DNA of 64,000 bases from Candidatus Peribacteraceae bacterium (GCA_040081825.1 JBEBFT010000004.1:11523-75522); one strand, 5' to 3'. Numbered from the stretch's first letter, positions 55,885 through 64,000 are shown. The notes: generated by a model from the sequence alone, not told the origin. Numbers and translations: made by a program.

Positions 55885-56313
55885 TTATCCCGTACTCCCA
55901 AATCCTCCTCTACTCTCTGCATTGTGTGAGTCGACTTCGGTGAACTCCGCTCTCTCGATTTTGACAAACAATCCCTGGGCGATGCGTTCGCCACGCTCAA
56001 CGGTTACTGCTGCATCCGTCACATTCTGCACCTGAACGAAGATCTCGTCCTTCTCACCGTGATAGTCCATATCGATCAGACCCACCGAATGAGGACAGAT
56101 GAGTCCTTTCTTTTTCGGCATCGATGAACGAGGCAGGACAAGGAGCGCATACCCCTCAGGAACCTTCACAATGACATTCCCGGGCACCAGCCCAATCTTT
56201 CCAGACTCGATCACGGTCGTCTCGCGTGCAACGAAATCAAAGGCAGCGGCTCCTGCAGAGTGATACTGCGGAAGCGGCATAGTAGGGTCGATGCGCTGGA
56301 GGGAGACATTCAT
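55885..56313 (-). CDS. dut: dUTP diphosphatase
   Basis: YHSAGAAAFD, LPRSS, GLIDMDYHGE and a C-terminal RGGFGSTG are the trimeric dUTPase motifs. Confidence 0.9.
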   Translation of the reverse strand: MNVSLQRIDPTMPLPQYHSAGAAAFDFVARETTVIESGKIGLVPGNVIVKVPEGYALLVLPRSSMPKKKGLICPHSVGLIDMDYHGEKDEIFVQVQNVTDAAVTVERGERIAQGLFVKIERAEFTEVDSHNAESRGGFGSTG

Positions 56314-56325
56314 AATACCAGTGTA

Positions 56326-56418
56326 GCACCTCACCCCCGCCCTTCGCTCCGCTCAGGGCACCCCTCTCCTCAGTTTGCTCGAAGCAAACTGAGGAGAGGG
56401 GGACGGGGGGTGAGGTGC
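56326..56418. repeat. compound GC-rich palindrome (13-bp outer arms, 19-bp inner arms)
   Basis: Outer arms are GCACCTCACCCCC (56326-38) and GGGGGTGAGGTGC (56406-18). Inner arms are CCCCTCTCCTCAGTTTGCT (56361-79) and AGCAAACTGAGGAGAGGGG (56383-56401). Confidence 0.85.
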
Positions 56419-56446
56419 AAAAAAGCCGACCATCTCCAGTCGGCTT
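56419..56446 (-). terminator. intrinsic terminator downstream of ftsZ
   Basis: Minus-strand AAGCCGAC-uggagaug-GUCGGCUU followed by UUUUUU. Confidence 0.7.
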
Positions 56447-56495
56447 CTTCTTTAGATTCTGCATCCTCTGGTACCTTCGGTTCCGTCGGTACCCC

Positions 56496-57749
56496 TTATT
56501 TCCCAATCTTCTTCCTCATAAACGTCGGAACTTCCAGCTCCTCTTCGTTGAACTGTGAGCCCGAGAGCTTCATGACTGCATCGTCAGACGTCTTGTCCTG
56601 ACGCATGGAGCCTGAAGTAGGAACATCCTGACGCTTGAATGCGGGGTTGGACTTGAGCATCGGTGCTGCCTGCGCATCACGGAGCGAGTCCTTCTTGTCC
56701 TCGAATCCTGTAGCAATGACTGTGCACTTCACCTGTCCGGTGTATGCATCGTCGATCACCGCACCGAAGATAATGTTCGCCTCCGGATCAGCTGCCTCAG
56801 TGATAATGCGAGCGGCCTCATCGACCTCGAACATGCTGAGATCGGTGCCACCAGTGATATTGAACAAGATACCCTTCGCACCGCTGATGCTGAGCTCGAG
56901 CAGTGGAGAATCGACTGCTGCACGTGCAGCCTCAGCAGCACGACTGTCGCCGGTTCCGTATCCGATACCCATGAGTGCCGATCCTGCATCCTGCATAACT
57001 GAACGTACGTCTGCGAAGTCGACGTTAACGAGTCCATGCACCGTGATCAGATTCGCGATTCCCTCGATACCATGACGCAGAATTTCGTCGACGATCTGGA
57101 ACGCTTCGGTCAGAGGAGTCGTCTTGTCGATGAGTGAGAGAATCTTGTCGTTTGGAATCGTGATGAGCGTATCGACCTTGCCCTTCAATGAATCCAGGGC
57201 TTCCTCAGCCTGCTTGCGACGCCTCAGTCCCTCGAAGCTGAATGGCTTGGTCACGACACCGATCGTCAGAATGCCCATACTGCGAGCCAATTCCGCGATG
57301 TATGGTGCGCCACCGGATCCTGTTCCTCCACCCAGACCTGCAGTGACGAAGATAAGATCGGCTCCCTCCAGTGCCTTCTTCAGTTCCTCCGAGCTCTCCT
57401 TGGCAGACTGCAAACCGATATCTGGGTTAGCTCCAGCTCCGAGACCCCTCGTCGTACCACGACCGATGTTGACCTTCGTCACAGCAGGATTGTGGAAGAG
57501 CGCCTGCGCATCCGTATTCACTGCGACGAACTCAACACCTTTCACATTACCTGAGATCATTCGAGCGACAGCATTCGTGCCGCCTCCGCCAACACCAACA
57601 ACGCGAATGATCGCGCTTGGCAGCATGTCCGGTCGCACTTCCTGAGAAGTAGGAGCAGGGACTGGTGCAGCACCAGCAGGTGTCTGCTGGAAGATGCCTC
57701 CGTTGGAGGGCTTGGAACCTGAGAAGAGTGAGCGAAGCGTGTCTGACAT
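56496..57749 (-). CDS. ftsZ: cell division protein FtsZ
   Basis: GVGGGGTNAV, GLGAGANP and TAGLGGGTGSGGAP tubulin signature motifs. Confidence 0.97.
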   Translation of the reverse strand: MSDTLRSLFSGSKPSNGGIFQQTPAGAAPVPAPTSQEVRPDMLPSAIIRVVGVGGGGTNAVARMISGNVKGVEFVAVNTDAQALFHNPAVTKVNIGRGTTRGLGAGANPDIGLQSAKESSEELKKALEGADLIFVTAGLGGGTGSGGAPYIAELARSMGILTIGVVTKPFSFEGLRRRKQAEEALDSLKGKVDTLITIPNDKILSLIDKTTPLTEAFQIVDEILRHGIEGIANLITVHGLVNVDFADVRSVMQDAGSALMGIGYGTGDSRAAEAARAAVDSPLLELSISGAKGILFNITGGTDLSMFEVDEAARIITEAADPEANIIFGAVIDDAYTGQVKCTVIATGFEDKKDSLRDAQAAPMLKSNPAFKRQDVPTSGSMRQDKTSDDAVMKLSGSQFNEEELEVPTFMRKKIGK

Positions 57750-57780
57750 GGGAAAAGGGGGAGAGAGAAAAGGAGAGAAA

Positions 57781-59022
57781 TTAAGGAAGGAGATTTTTGA
57801 ACCAGGATCCGACGCTACCGATCGTGCGCTTCATGTCGAAGGAACCTGCAAAGGAGAAGCTGGAACGCTTGATGCCCTCGCGTGAACCCCAGAGGAGAGC
57901 ACCCAGTGCCGTTGCGTACGCTGGGTCATCGACTTTTTCGATCACGCCGCCGATCTCCATGGGGAAGCCCATCTGTACGGGCAGACCCAGGACTTCACGA
58001 GCGATCTCGAGCACGCCTGGTGCCTTCACTGCAGCGCCAGTGAGCAGTGCGCCGGCAGGCAGGAGCCCGTCGCGACCGACACGCTTCAGTTCTTCTTTGA
58101 CCATCGAGAAGATCTCGTAGTACCTCGCCTGCATGATCTCGGCCATGTACTTCTTGCTGACAGTCTGCGTGTCCATCTTGCTGACGGTCGAAAGGTCGAT
58201 CATCTCGCGCTCCTGGATTTCCTGCGGTAGCACGGATCCAAATTCGATCTTGATCTTCTCCGCGGTGTCGATGGAAGTCCTGAGTCCGATCGCGATATCA
58301 TTGGTCACGTTCTCGCCACCGACGGGGAGGCAGACAGAATGGAGGATTGTCCCCTCTTCAAAGACGGTAACGCTGGTCGATCCGGCTCCGATGTCGATTG
58401 TCACGACACCCAGTTCCTTCTGACGCTTCGTGAGCACTGCCTCGGAGATAGCAATCGTGGATGGCACGAGCGCATCGATATCGATGCCTGCCTGATCGAT
58501 ACACTTCTCGATGTTCTTCACGTGTTGAATCTGCCCCGTGATGATGTGTGCCTCGACCTCTAGACGGATGCCCGACATACCTACTGGATTCTTGATGCCA
58601 CGCTGCTCATCAACCGAGTATGACTTGGGCTCGATGTGCAGAATGCGTCGGTTGCTTGGGATACTGACTGCCTGTGCAGCCTCCAGTACGCGAGCGATGT
58701 CATCGACGGTGATCTCGGCGCCCGAAATGGCGATCACACCACGACTATCAAAGGACTCGATGTGTGCGCCGCTCATACCAACGAAGACGTGGTTGATTGG
58801 TACACCGGCCATACGCTCGGCATCCTCGAGTGCGGAGATGATGTTATGAATTGCCTCTTCGATATCGATGACATGCCCCTTGCGCATACCAAGCGAAGGA
58901 GAGAGTCCGACTCCGATGATGCTCGGAACAGATCCTGCCGAGGCAGCGTCTGTCACAGCGACAACAGTACGGATCTTGGAACTACCGATATCGAGACTCG
59001 CGAGAACACGTTCTTTGGCCAT
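57781..59022 (-). CDS. ftsA: cell division protein FtsA
   Basis: Actin-fold motifs LDIGSSKIRTVV, VTIDIGAGSTSVTVF and LTGAAVKAPG. It lies immediately upstream of ftsZ. Confidence 0.95.
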   Translation of the reverse strand: MAKERVLASLDIGSSKIRTVVAVTDAASAGSVPSIIGVGLSPSLGMRKGHVIDIEEAIHNIISALEDAERMAGVPINHVFVGMSGAHIESFDSRGVIAISGAEITVDDIARVLEAAQAVSIPSNRRILHIEPKSYSVDEQRGIKNPVGMSGIRLEVEAHIITGQIQHVKNIEKCIDQAGIDIDALVPSTIAISEAVLTKRQKELGVVTIDIGAGSTSVTVFEEGTILHSVCLPVGGENVTNDIAIGLRTSIDTAEKIKIEFGSVLPQEIQEREMIDLSTVSKMDTQTVSKKYMAEIMQARYYEIFSMVKEELKRVGRDGLLPAGALLTGAAVKAPGVLEIAREVLGLPVQMGFPMEIGGVIEKVDDPAYATALGALLWGSREGIKRSSFSFAGSFDMKRTIGSVGSWFKNLLP

Positions 59023-59316
59023 AGTGCGGGGAGGTGAGGGCGGAAAATGCGTGCAATGTAATCAAAGTGTTCGCACGCGGAATATGGTTACGAGTCTAGA
59101 GAGCGCAGACCGAAGCCCGCAACTACATGTTGATCATCTTTCGTACTCACAAGCGCTGATTTTAGGACTTTTACAGTTTCATGAATTCATTGATCTGATG
59201 CGCAAAAAATACCGAGAGTACAAAAAATGTATGCACTTAAAAATCAGTGTTCAAAAAAAGTATTCTCACTTTCAACTCGTCGCATCAATCAGGGCTCCCC
59301 AGTTTTTCACTCTTCT

Positions 59317-60288
59317 CTACAGAAGCGACATCTGCACTTCGGGGTTCGCTTCGATTTTTTGTGCACTTGTGAGGAGTGAGGCGGATGCTTCTCCATGAAT
59401 GCATCGATTTCCCCACGGCGTCATCATCAGGCTCTCCAGACGCCTACGAGGAAGTGAGAATTCGAGCTGCTGAAAGAGTGTTAGCACTCTCGCGGCATCA
59501 ATATGTAATCGGAGATCCTCAATTGGTACGAGGATCGGAGCATCGGTCCGCAGTGTCGCCATGCGTTCACTGAAGAAGGCCTTCTCGCGACTAGCGACGA
59601 GCTTCTCTTTCCATGATGGTTTCACTTTCTCCAGGTTATCAAAGATGCCTGCGATCGATCCAAACTCTTGGATGAGCTTACTAGCTGCAATGGGCCCGAT
59701 GCCATGCACGCCGGGGAGGTTATCGGAGCTATCCCCGACGAGTCCTTTGTACGAAGGAATCTGCGTGGGGGCGACACCATACTTGGTCTTCACCGCTTCG
59801 GGTGTCATGTACTCGGGTGCCTGGTAGCCCTTGTGAGGGATGGCAATACGGATGTCATCAGACGCAAGCTGCAGCAGATCCCGATCCCCCGTCACGATGG
59901 TGACACGTCCGCCTTGCTTCGCGATCTCGGTTGCATAGGTAGCTGCGAAGTCATCTGCTTCCATCTTCTGCCCCGAAATCGATCGAATACCAAAGGTATC
60001 GATGAGTTCCAGAGCACGTGGGATCTGAATGTAAAAATCGTCCGGAGTCTCAGCTCTCCCTTCCTTATATTCTTTGTACTCCTCGTGTCTGAACGTATCC
60101 TCGTCTGCATCGAAGCAAAAGAGTATGTGATCAGGCGCCTCGGTCTTCAAAATCATAAGCAGCATCGTCGCCATCCCAAATGTTGTATTCACCTGCTCCC
60201 CTGCCCTCGTTTTCATGGTGCGAGGGATCGCCCAGTATGCTCGATACAGGAGGTGATGACCGTCGACAATGACTGTATGAGGACGCAT
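59317..60288 (-). CDS. stand-alone 5'-3' exonuclease (Pol I N-terminal/FEN-like domain)
   Basis: IVDGHHLLYRAYWA, FDADEDTFRHE, VTGDRDLLQL and SDNLPGVHGIGPIAASKLI (H3TH). No polymerase domain follows. Confidence 0.9.
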   Translation of the reverse strand: MRPHTVIVDGHHLLYRAYWAIPRTMKTRAGEQVNTTFGMATMLLMILKTEAPDHILFCFDADEDTFRHEEYKEYKEGRAETPDDFYIQIPRALELIDTFGIRSISGQKMEADDFAATYATEIAKQGGRVTIVTGDRDLLQLASDDIRIAIPHKGYQAPEYMTPEAVKTKYGVAPTQIPSYKGLVGDSSDNLPGVHGIGPIAASKLIQEFGSIAGIFDNLEKVKPSWKEKLVASREKAFFSERMATLRTDAPILVPIEDLRLHIDAARVLTLFQQLEFSLPRRRLESLMMTPWGNRCIHGEASASLLTSAQKIEANPEVQMSLL

Positions 60289-60488
60289 GGAGAGGAGCCT
60301 ACAGCAGGACCGCAAATGTGCACAGTGACACTTTTTGAATCAATGAAATTGTCTCGTTTTAGAGCCCAGAAACGCAATCCATAAAAACGCATACTGTACG
60401 ACAGTAAGTAGGTTTCGCAATCCTACAGAGGGTGCGGAAGAGAGCAGATCGTGCTATACTAATCAGAAACATTCACACACACCCAAAC

Positions 60489-61121
60489 GTGAACACACTC
60501 TCCCCATCCTACGACAACGTCATCGCTCGCAAATACTCTGCGAGAACCATCGAGCATAAGATGGATAATAAGGCGGCTCTACAGGAGAGCCTCGGGTGGA
60601 TCGAGGAACCGAAGCAGCCGATTCTCTGTATTCCTACAGGTCTCAGTGAAGCGAGTGATGTGGCACTGTTTGAAGAGATCGTTCCAGGACTCCTAGAGCT
60701 CCCTGTCAGTATCGTGATTCTCGGACGCGGATCGAAGAAGTGTGGCGAAATGGTTGGATCGCTCGTCGCATCATCGGGTCATCGAGTCGCTGTAGTCGCT
60801 GATGACGACAAAAATCTGAGAAAGTTACTCGCAGGATCAGACATGGCACTGTTTCTCTCGAACGTGCATGACGATGCTGTCGCAACTGCACTCCACTATG
60901 GATGCGTTCCGATCGCACCCGAGTCATATCTCACCGAGAACTACTCGCCGACACAGGAGAGTGGGAATGCGTTTACGTATGAGGAAGCAACAGTTTGGCA
61001 GTGCTTTGCCTCCGTTGTGCGCGCACTCGAGACATTCAAGTTCCCCTATGACTGGCGCACGATTCAACGTCACGCCATCGAGAGCATGACACGTCGTGAG
61101 GAACTGATCGAAGCGAAGTGA
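60489..61121 (+). CDS. stand-alone, degenerate C-terminal half of a glycogen/starch-synthase-like (GT5) glycosyltransferase
   Basis: SPSYDNVIARKYSARTIEHKMDNKAALQESLGW...ILGRGS...LLAGSDMALFLS parallels the GlgA segment WNP..D..YS......NK.ALQ..GL...LG.G...AG.D..L.PS. The start is uncertain (GTG 60489 or GTG 60432). A TGcTATACT promoter-like element sits at 60452-60460. Confidence 0.5.
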   Translation: MNTLSPSYDNVIARKYSARTIEHKMDNKAALQESLGWIEEPKQPILCIPTGLSEASDVALFEEIVPGLLELPVSIVILGRGSKKCGEMVGSLVASSGHRVAVVADDDKNLRKLLAGSDMALFLSNVHDDAVATALHYGCVPIAPESYLTENYSPTQESGNAFTYEEATVWQCFASVVRALETFKFPYDWRTIQRHAIESMTRREELIEAK

Positions 61122-61235
61122 AGCACCTCTAGCTTAAAGCAAGTCGTCACTATGCGGAATCCTCCGTAGTTCCGTGCGATTTCAATAAAGAAGTTACAGA
61201 CGATGGTGTGAATCGAGGGACGAAGGGGGATAATA

Positions 61236-61424
61236 CTAGAAGTCGTCATCGTCATCATCACCGACATCGTTCAGATTGTTGTCTCCTTCTTCAGAGAAAT
61301 CGTCCTCTTCGTCGAAGAGATCCAGATCATCGCCTGCATCTAAATCCACAGCTGTATCGTCATCGTCATCATCGCCACCAAACAGAGCGATCAGCTGCCA
61401 GAAATGGAGAGAAAAGGAAGACAT
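61236..61424 (-). CDS. candidate 62-aa hyper-acidic protein
   Basis: MSSFSLHFWQLIALFGGDDDDDDTAVDLDAGDDLDLFDEEDDFSEEGDNNLNDVGDDDDDDF, from the internal ATG of track ORF 61236..61535. The coding strand is uncertain because of low complexity. Confidence 0.35.
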   Translation of the reverse strand: MSSFSLHFWQLIALFGGDDDDDDTAVDLDAGDDLDLFDEEDDFSEEGDNNLNDVGDDDDDDF

Positions 61425-61575
61425 AGCACAAGCGAGCAAAAAGGATGAGGTAAAGGGTTCGGCGCGAAGTATAGTGCGTACGGAGCCTCTCGCAAGATAA
61501 TCCATACTGAAAACGGATCTTTGCAAGTCAGTCATGCAGAAATGCAGCGCTCATACTTGTACACTCTGCCGCGCT

Positions 61576-62283
61576 ATGACTGTTCGCTCCTCTTCCCTTT
61601 ACGTCCTTCTCCTCTGTCTCGTACTCGCTGGCTGCGGCAAGACTGCTGTCGTCGAGCAACCTCAATTCACTCGTGAGGAGATAGAAGCAATGGCAGCAGC
61701 TGGTGACCCAGCCGCGATGTTCGACCTGGGCGCACTGCATCACGATAAGCCAGGTGCGACAAAAGAGGATCTGAAAACTGCATTCGATTGGTTCACCAAA
61801 TCAGCCGATGCGGGAGAAGTCCGTGCTCAGTTCAATCTGGGAGTGATGTACTACAACGGAACCTACGTGAAGCAGGACTACAAGAAAGCGATGACGTGGT
61901 TCGAGAAGGCAGGAAACCAGGGCAACCCACGTGCAATGTTTAATCAAGGTGTGATGTACTACCGCGCAGAAGGTGTGGATGAGGACTTCACGAAGGCACA
62001 CCGTCTCTTCACTGCAGCATCTCTGCAGGGGTTCAATGAAGCGATGTTCAACCTGGGCGTCATGCACGCACAGGGTCAAGGGGTCGAGACTGACACAGGC
62101 GTTGCCTATGCTTGGTTCTCTGCTGCCAAGAAGTACGGCAACCCTAATGCTCAGGCGGTGCTGACGCAGATTGAAGAGGCTGCCAATAATGAACAAAAGA
62201 AGGCATTGAAAGACGCGAGCAAGGCACTGATCGAGCAGATCGATCAGGCAGTCAAGAACGGAGGCGTCCTGCCACCGCAGTAG
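61576..62283 (+). CDS. Sel1-repeat (SLR/TPR-like) lipoprotein
   Basis: Lipobox LVLAGC, followed by at least 5 Sel1-like repeats (A.FNLGVMYYNG.GV.QDY.KA..WF.KA). Confidence 0.8.
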   Translation: MTVRSSSLYVLLLCLVLAGCGKTAVVEQPQFTREEIEAMAAAGDPAAMFDLGALHHDKPGATKEDLKTAFDWFTKSADAGEVRAQFNLGVMYYNGTYVKQDYKKAMTWFEKAGNQGNPRAMFNQGVMYYRAEGVDEDFTKAHRLFTAASLQGFNEAMFNLGVMHAQGQGVETDTGVAYAWFSAAKKYGNPNAQAVLTQIEEAANNEQKKALKDASKALIEQIDQAVKNGGVLPPQ

Positions 62284-62468
62284 CTTCTCGAACTTTCACG
62301 CATTTCTACCCGCTACTTCCCTAGTAGCCGGTTGAGGCTTATCAAAAACTCTTGTAATATTTGTCCGCTATCTGGATCGGTAGCTTTAGCTGACCGCGCG
62401 ACGCTTGCGGAGCGCGTCAGTAAAGTCTGCTCGATTCTCGTTCTTTCCGTCATCGAAAGTCACCCTTT

Positions 62469-62544
62469 GGATCGGTAGCTCAGTTGGTAGAGCAGGAGAC
62501 TCTTAATCTCTTGGTCGTGGGTTCAAGTCCCACCCGATCCACCA
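62469..62544 (+). tRNA. tRNA-Lys (anticodon CUU), CCA encoded
   Basis: GGATCGGTAGCTCAGTTGGTAGAGCAGGAGACTCTTAATCTCTTGGTCGTGGGTTCAAGTCCCACCCGATCCACCA. The anticodon loop is CTCTTAA. Confidence 0.93.
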
Positions 62545-63128
62545 ACATTACTATCTTCATTGTCACAGCTAGGGTGCCAATCTTTCATTGTCTCTCTTCG
62601 TAGTGTCAGGATTTGTTCCGCCAATTCATTGTCTACCTCTCGATGATTGAGAGTTAAATGTTTTTCTTCGGATACTCGCACTATTTCCAATCTCAGCTCA
62701 ATAATTATTCGGCTCAATTGATCCGCTAATGCATCACGAATTTCTTGGCCTACAGGTAAGGAATCATTTCCTAGGCCTGTATCGCTTTCCCAGACGAGTG
62801 TCAGATTTTCTCGTGCAAGCGGTATCCCTTTGGATTTCGGTCCGAAGGCATCTCCTAGAAGAACTTGGAGTCGATGTCTTGTTTCAATCACTTCAAAAAT
62901 AAATTGGATTTGAAGATTTTTATTTGTGCTTCTACCACCACGAGAATGCATGCGCACGCTGCAGTGAGGGCTACCACTACTCTTATCTACCTCTATGTCG
63001 ATCCACGGCCCATCGTATACTTGGATAGTTGGAACCTCGAGTGCATCAAGCTCAAGAATAGCTTGTTCCAGAGCCAATTCCCGACTGTTTTCTTGCAGGG
63101 TGTGCTGCAGTCCTTTAGAAGGATTCAT
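62523..63128 (-). CDS. hypothetical protein (orphan, low GC) whose last 22 nt are antisense to the tRNA-Lys 3' end
   Basis: 201-aa track ORF. The C-terminal VGGSGGT is encoded by the complement of the tRNA T-arm and acceptor. Confidence 0.45.
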   Translation of the reverse strand: MNPSKGLQHTLQENSRELALEQAILELDALEVPTIQVYDGPWIDIEVDKSSGSPHCSVRMHSRGGRSTNKNLQIQFIFEVIETRHRLQVLLGDAFGPKSKGIPLARENLTLVWESDTGLGNDSLPVGQEIRDALADQLSRIIIELRLEIVRVSEEKHLTLNHREVDNELAEQILTLRRETMKDWHPSCDNEDSNVGGSGGT

Positions 63129-63133
63129 AATAT

Positions 63134-63162
63134 TATTATGAATGTTAATATTTATTTGTCAA
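63134..63162 (-). promoter_or_regulatory. sigma70-like promoter TTGACA-16/17 nt-CATAAT/ATAATA placed 5-6 nt before ATG 63128
   Basis: The minus strand reads ccTTGACAaataaatattaacattCATAATAatattATG. Confidence 0.5.
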
Positions 63163-63274
63163 GGTGTCCAATGCAAATAAGTTCCACTCTCATCTGGTGC
63201 TAATGCGGCGAGCTTGCCTTCGCGACTCGTTCTATTTCTGGATACGGAAACATATACAATCACTCTGCATGCGA

Positions 63275-64000
63275 ATGAAACCTGCACTCTTCGGCATCAT
63301 TTCCTTTGCGGTCATCTTGATCGTGCTTCAGCTCCACTTGATCGATCCAGCTGTTTACCACATACGCTCGCTTTTCGATGCAACGCTCTCGGAGGAAGAA
63401 GTAATGCTAGAGAGGTGGCTCTCGTCGGATCCAACAACACTACTTCAGTCCTACGCTAAGTATCTGCGTGAACACCCAGAGCGCACCAAGGTGTGCCATG
63501 GGCTCCTGCATCAAATAGGACACGAAGCCGTGGAAAGCCTCGGCTGGCAGAGAACGATGGAAATAAGTGACGCACTCTGTGGCGGAGGGTTTATTCATGG
63601 CGCAATCGAGGCGCACTTTGGACTTCTTAAAACCGTTCTCAGTCCTGAGCTCGTTGCTGAGCAAATCGCTCTGGCATGTGGCGACTCCTCCAATGAAATC
63701 TGTTATCACGGGATTGGTCACGGGCTCATGGTGCTACTGGAAAATGACGATGAGCAAGCACTGAGGCACTGCGGATCCATCGATCTTCCTGGACGGATGG
63801 ACTGTCATGATGGCGTCTTCATGCACATCTTCGATGCTGAGGAAACGGGTGTGCCCAAGGAAAGTCCACGTCGCATAGAGGCTGCAGCGTTCTGCGGATC
63901 AGTCACTGAAGAGGAGAAGCTGTCGTGTTTCTTTTATCTTCCTCGACTATTCGCTCAGTCGGCATCGATGGTCCAAAACGCAATCGATCTTTGTGAACTC
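63275..64000 (+). CDS. hypothetical membrane-anchored Cys/His-rich protein, 3' end outside the window
   Basis: Not in the ORF track because there is no stop in the window. ATG 63275 opens a frame of 242 codons to position 64000: MKPALFGIISFAVILIVLQL...CHGLLHQIGHEA...CYHGIGHGLM...CHDGVFMHIF... Confidence 0.5.
   Translation, partial: MKPALFGIISFAVILIVLQLHLIDPAVYHIRSLFDATLSEEEVMLERWLSSDPTTLLQSYAKYLREHPERTKVCHGLLHQIGHEAVESLGWQRTMEISDALCGGGFIHGAIEAHFGLLKTVLSPELVAEQIALACGDSSNEICYHGIGHGLMVLLENDDEQALRHCGSIDLPGRMDCHDGVFMHIFDAEETGVPKESPRRIEAAAFCGSVTEEEKLSCFFYLPRLFAQSASMVQNAIDLCEL

Noticed and set aside
56237-56601. ORFs 56237..56506 (minus) and 56260..56601 (plus) crossing the dut-ftsZ spacer.
   Set aside because: They are made up of the translated GC-rich palindrome, the terminator and the antisense strand of the ftsZ 3' end. 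No homology is recognisable.
59023-59316. Missing ftsQ or a small gene in the 294-bp AT-rich spacer upstream of ftsA.
   Set aside because: Only very short ORFs of about 13 codons or fewer are present on the ftsA strand, and no convincing structured RNA was seen. It is probably a promoter or UTR region.
61208-61500. Plus-strand His/Arg-rich (61208..61426) and Ser-rich (61276..61500) ORFs.
   Set aside because: They are mirror-frame products of the poly-GAT/GAC acidic tract. I regard the acidic minus-strand frame as the more protein-like option, but none of the three is proven.

Overview
The window is 64 kb of bacterial chromosome read with the standard genetic code. TGA, TAA and TAG all act as stops. 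I can support about 60 protein genes and 6 tRNA genes: Pro-UGG, Val-UAC, Pro-GGG, Val-GAC, Lys-CUU, and no rRNA. Recognisable housekeeping genes are pgk, a WecA/MraY-type transferase, an M23 peptidase, tsaE fused to an HD domain, yhhQ, recG, miaA, clpP, tgt, rplU, secG, a family-5 solute-binding protein, rplI, lepA, a pyruvyl transferase, rplS, infB, a DHH phosphoesterase, eno, lgt, thrS, dnaA, rseP, a CNNM/CorC transporter, comF, dut, ftsZ, ftsA and a stand-alone 5'-3' exonuclease. Between them sit orphan genes that look lower in GC by eye, several of them next to tRNA genes. The gene content and the absence of Shine-Dalgarno motifs at the starts I checked suggest a small-genome, CPR/Patescibacteria-like organism; that is inference only. 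There is no CRISPR array, transposase, integrase, reverse transcriptase or known defence system. The observations most worth a second look are: (1) a four-segment attenuator-like leader with a Phe-rich mini-ORF upstream of a 43-codon ORF and yhhQ. (2) The 3' end of tRNA-Pro(UGG) occurs three times and brackets two ~110-bp tandem cassettes. (3) The Tgt homolog keeps its catalytic aspartates but has lost all four zinc ligands and carries an in-frame ~33-aa insertion. (4) Two distant orphan operons share a nearly identical promoter/5' module: 29604-32589, and 52078-55881 with an 1109-aa HEXXH protein. (5) A ~183-nt GC-rich element with nested long-range helices lies upstream of rplS. (6) Families of 7-mer and 9-mer tandem repeats and large GC-rich palindromes occupy intergenic spacers. 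(7) Near-consensus sigma70 promoters sit 6-10 nt from start codons, a leaderless-type geometry. All functional calls rest on my reading of the translated ORFs and on motifs recalled from memory; no database search was run.
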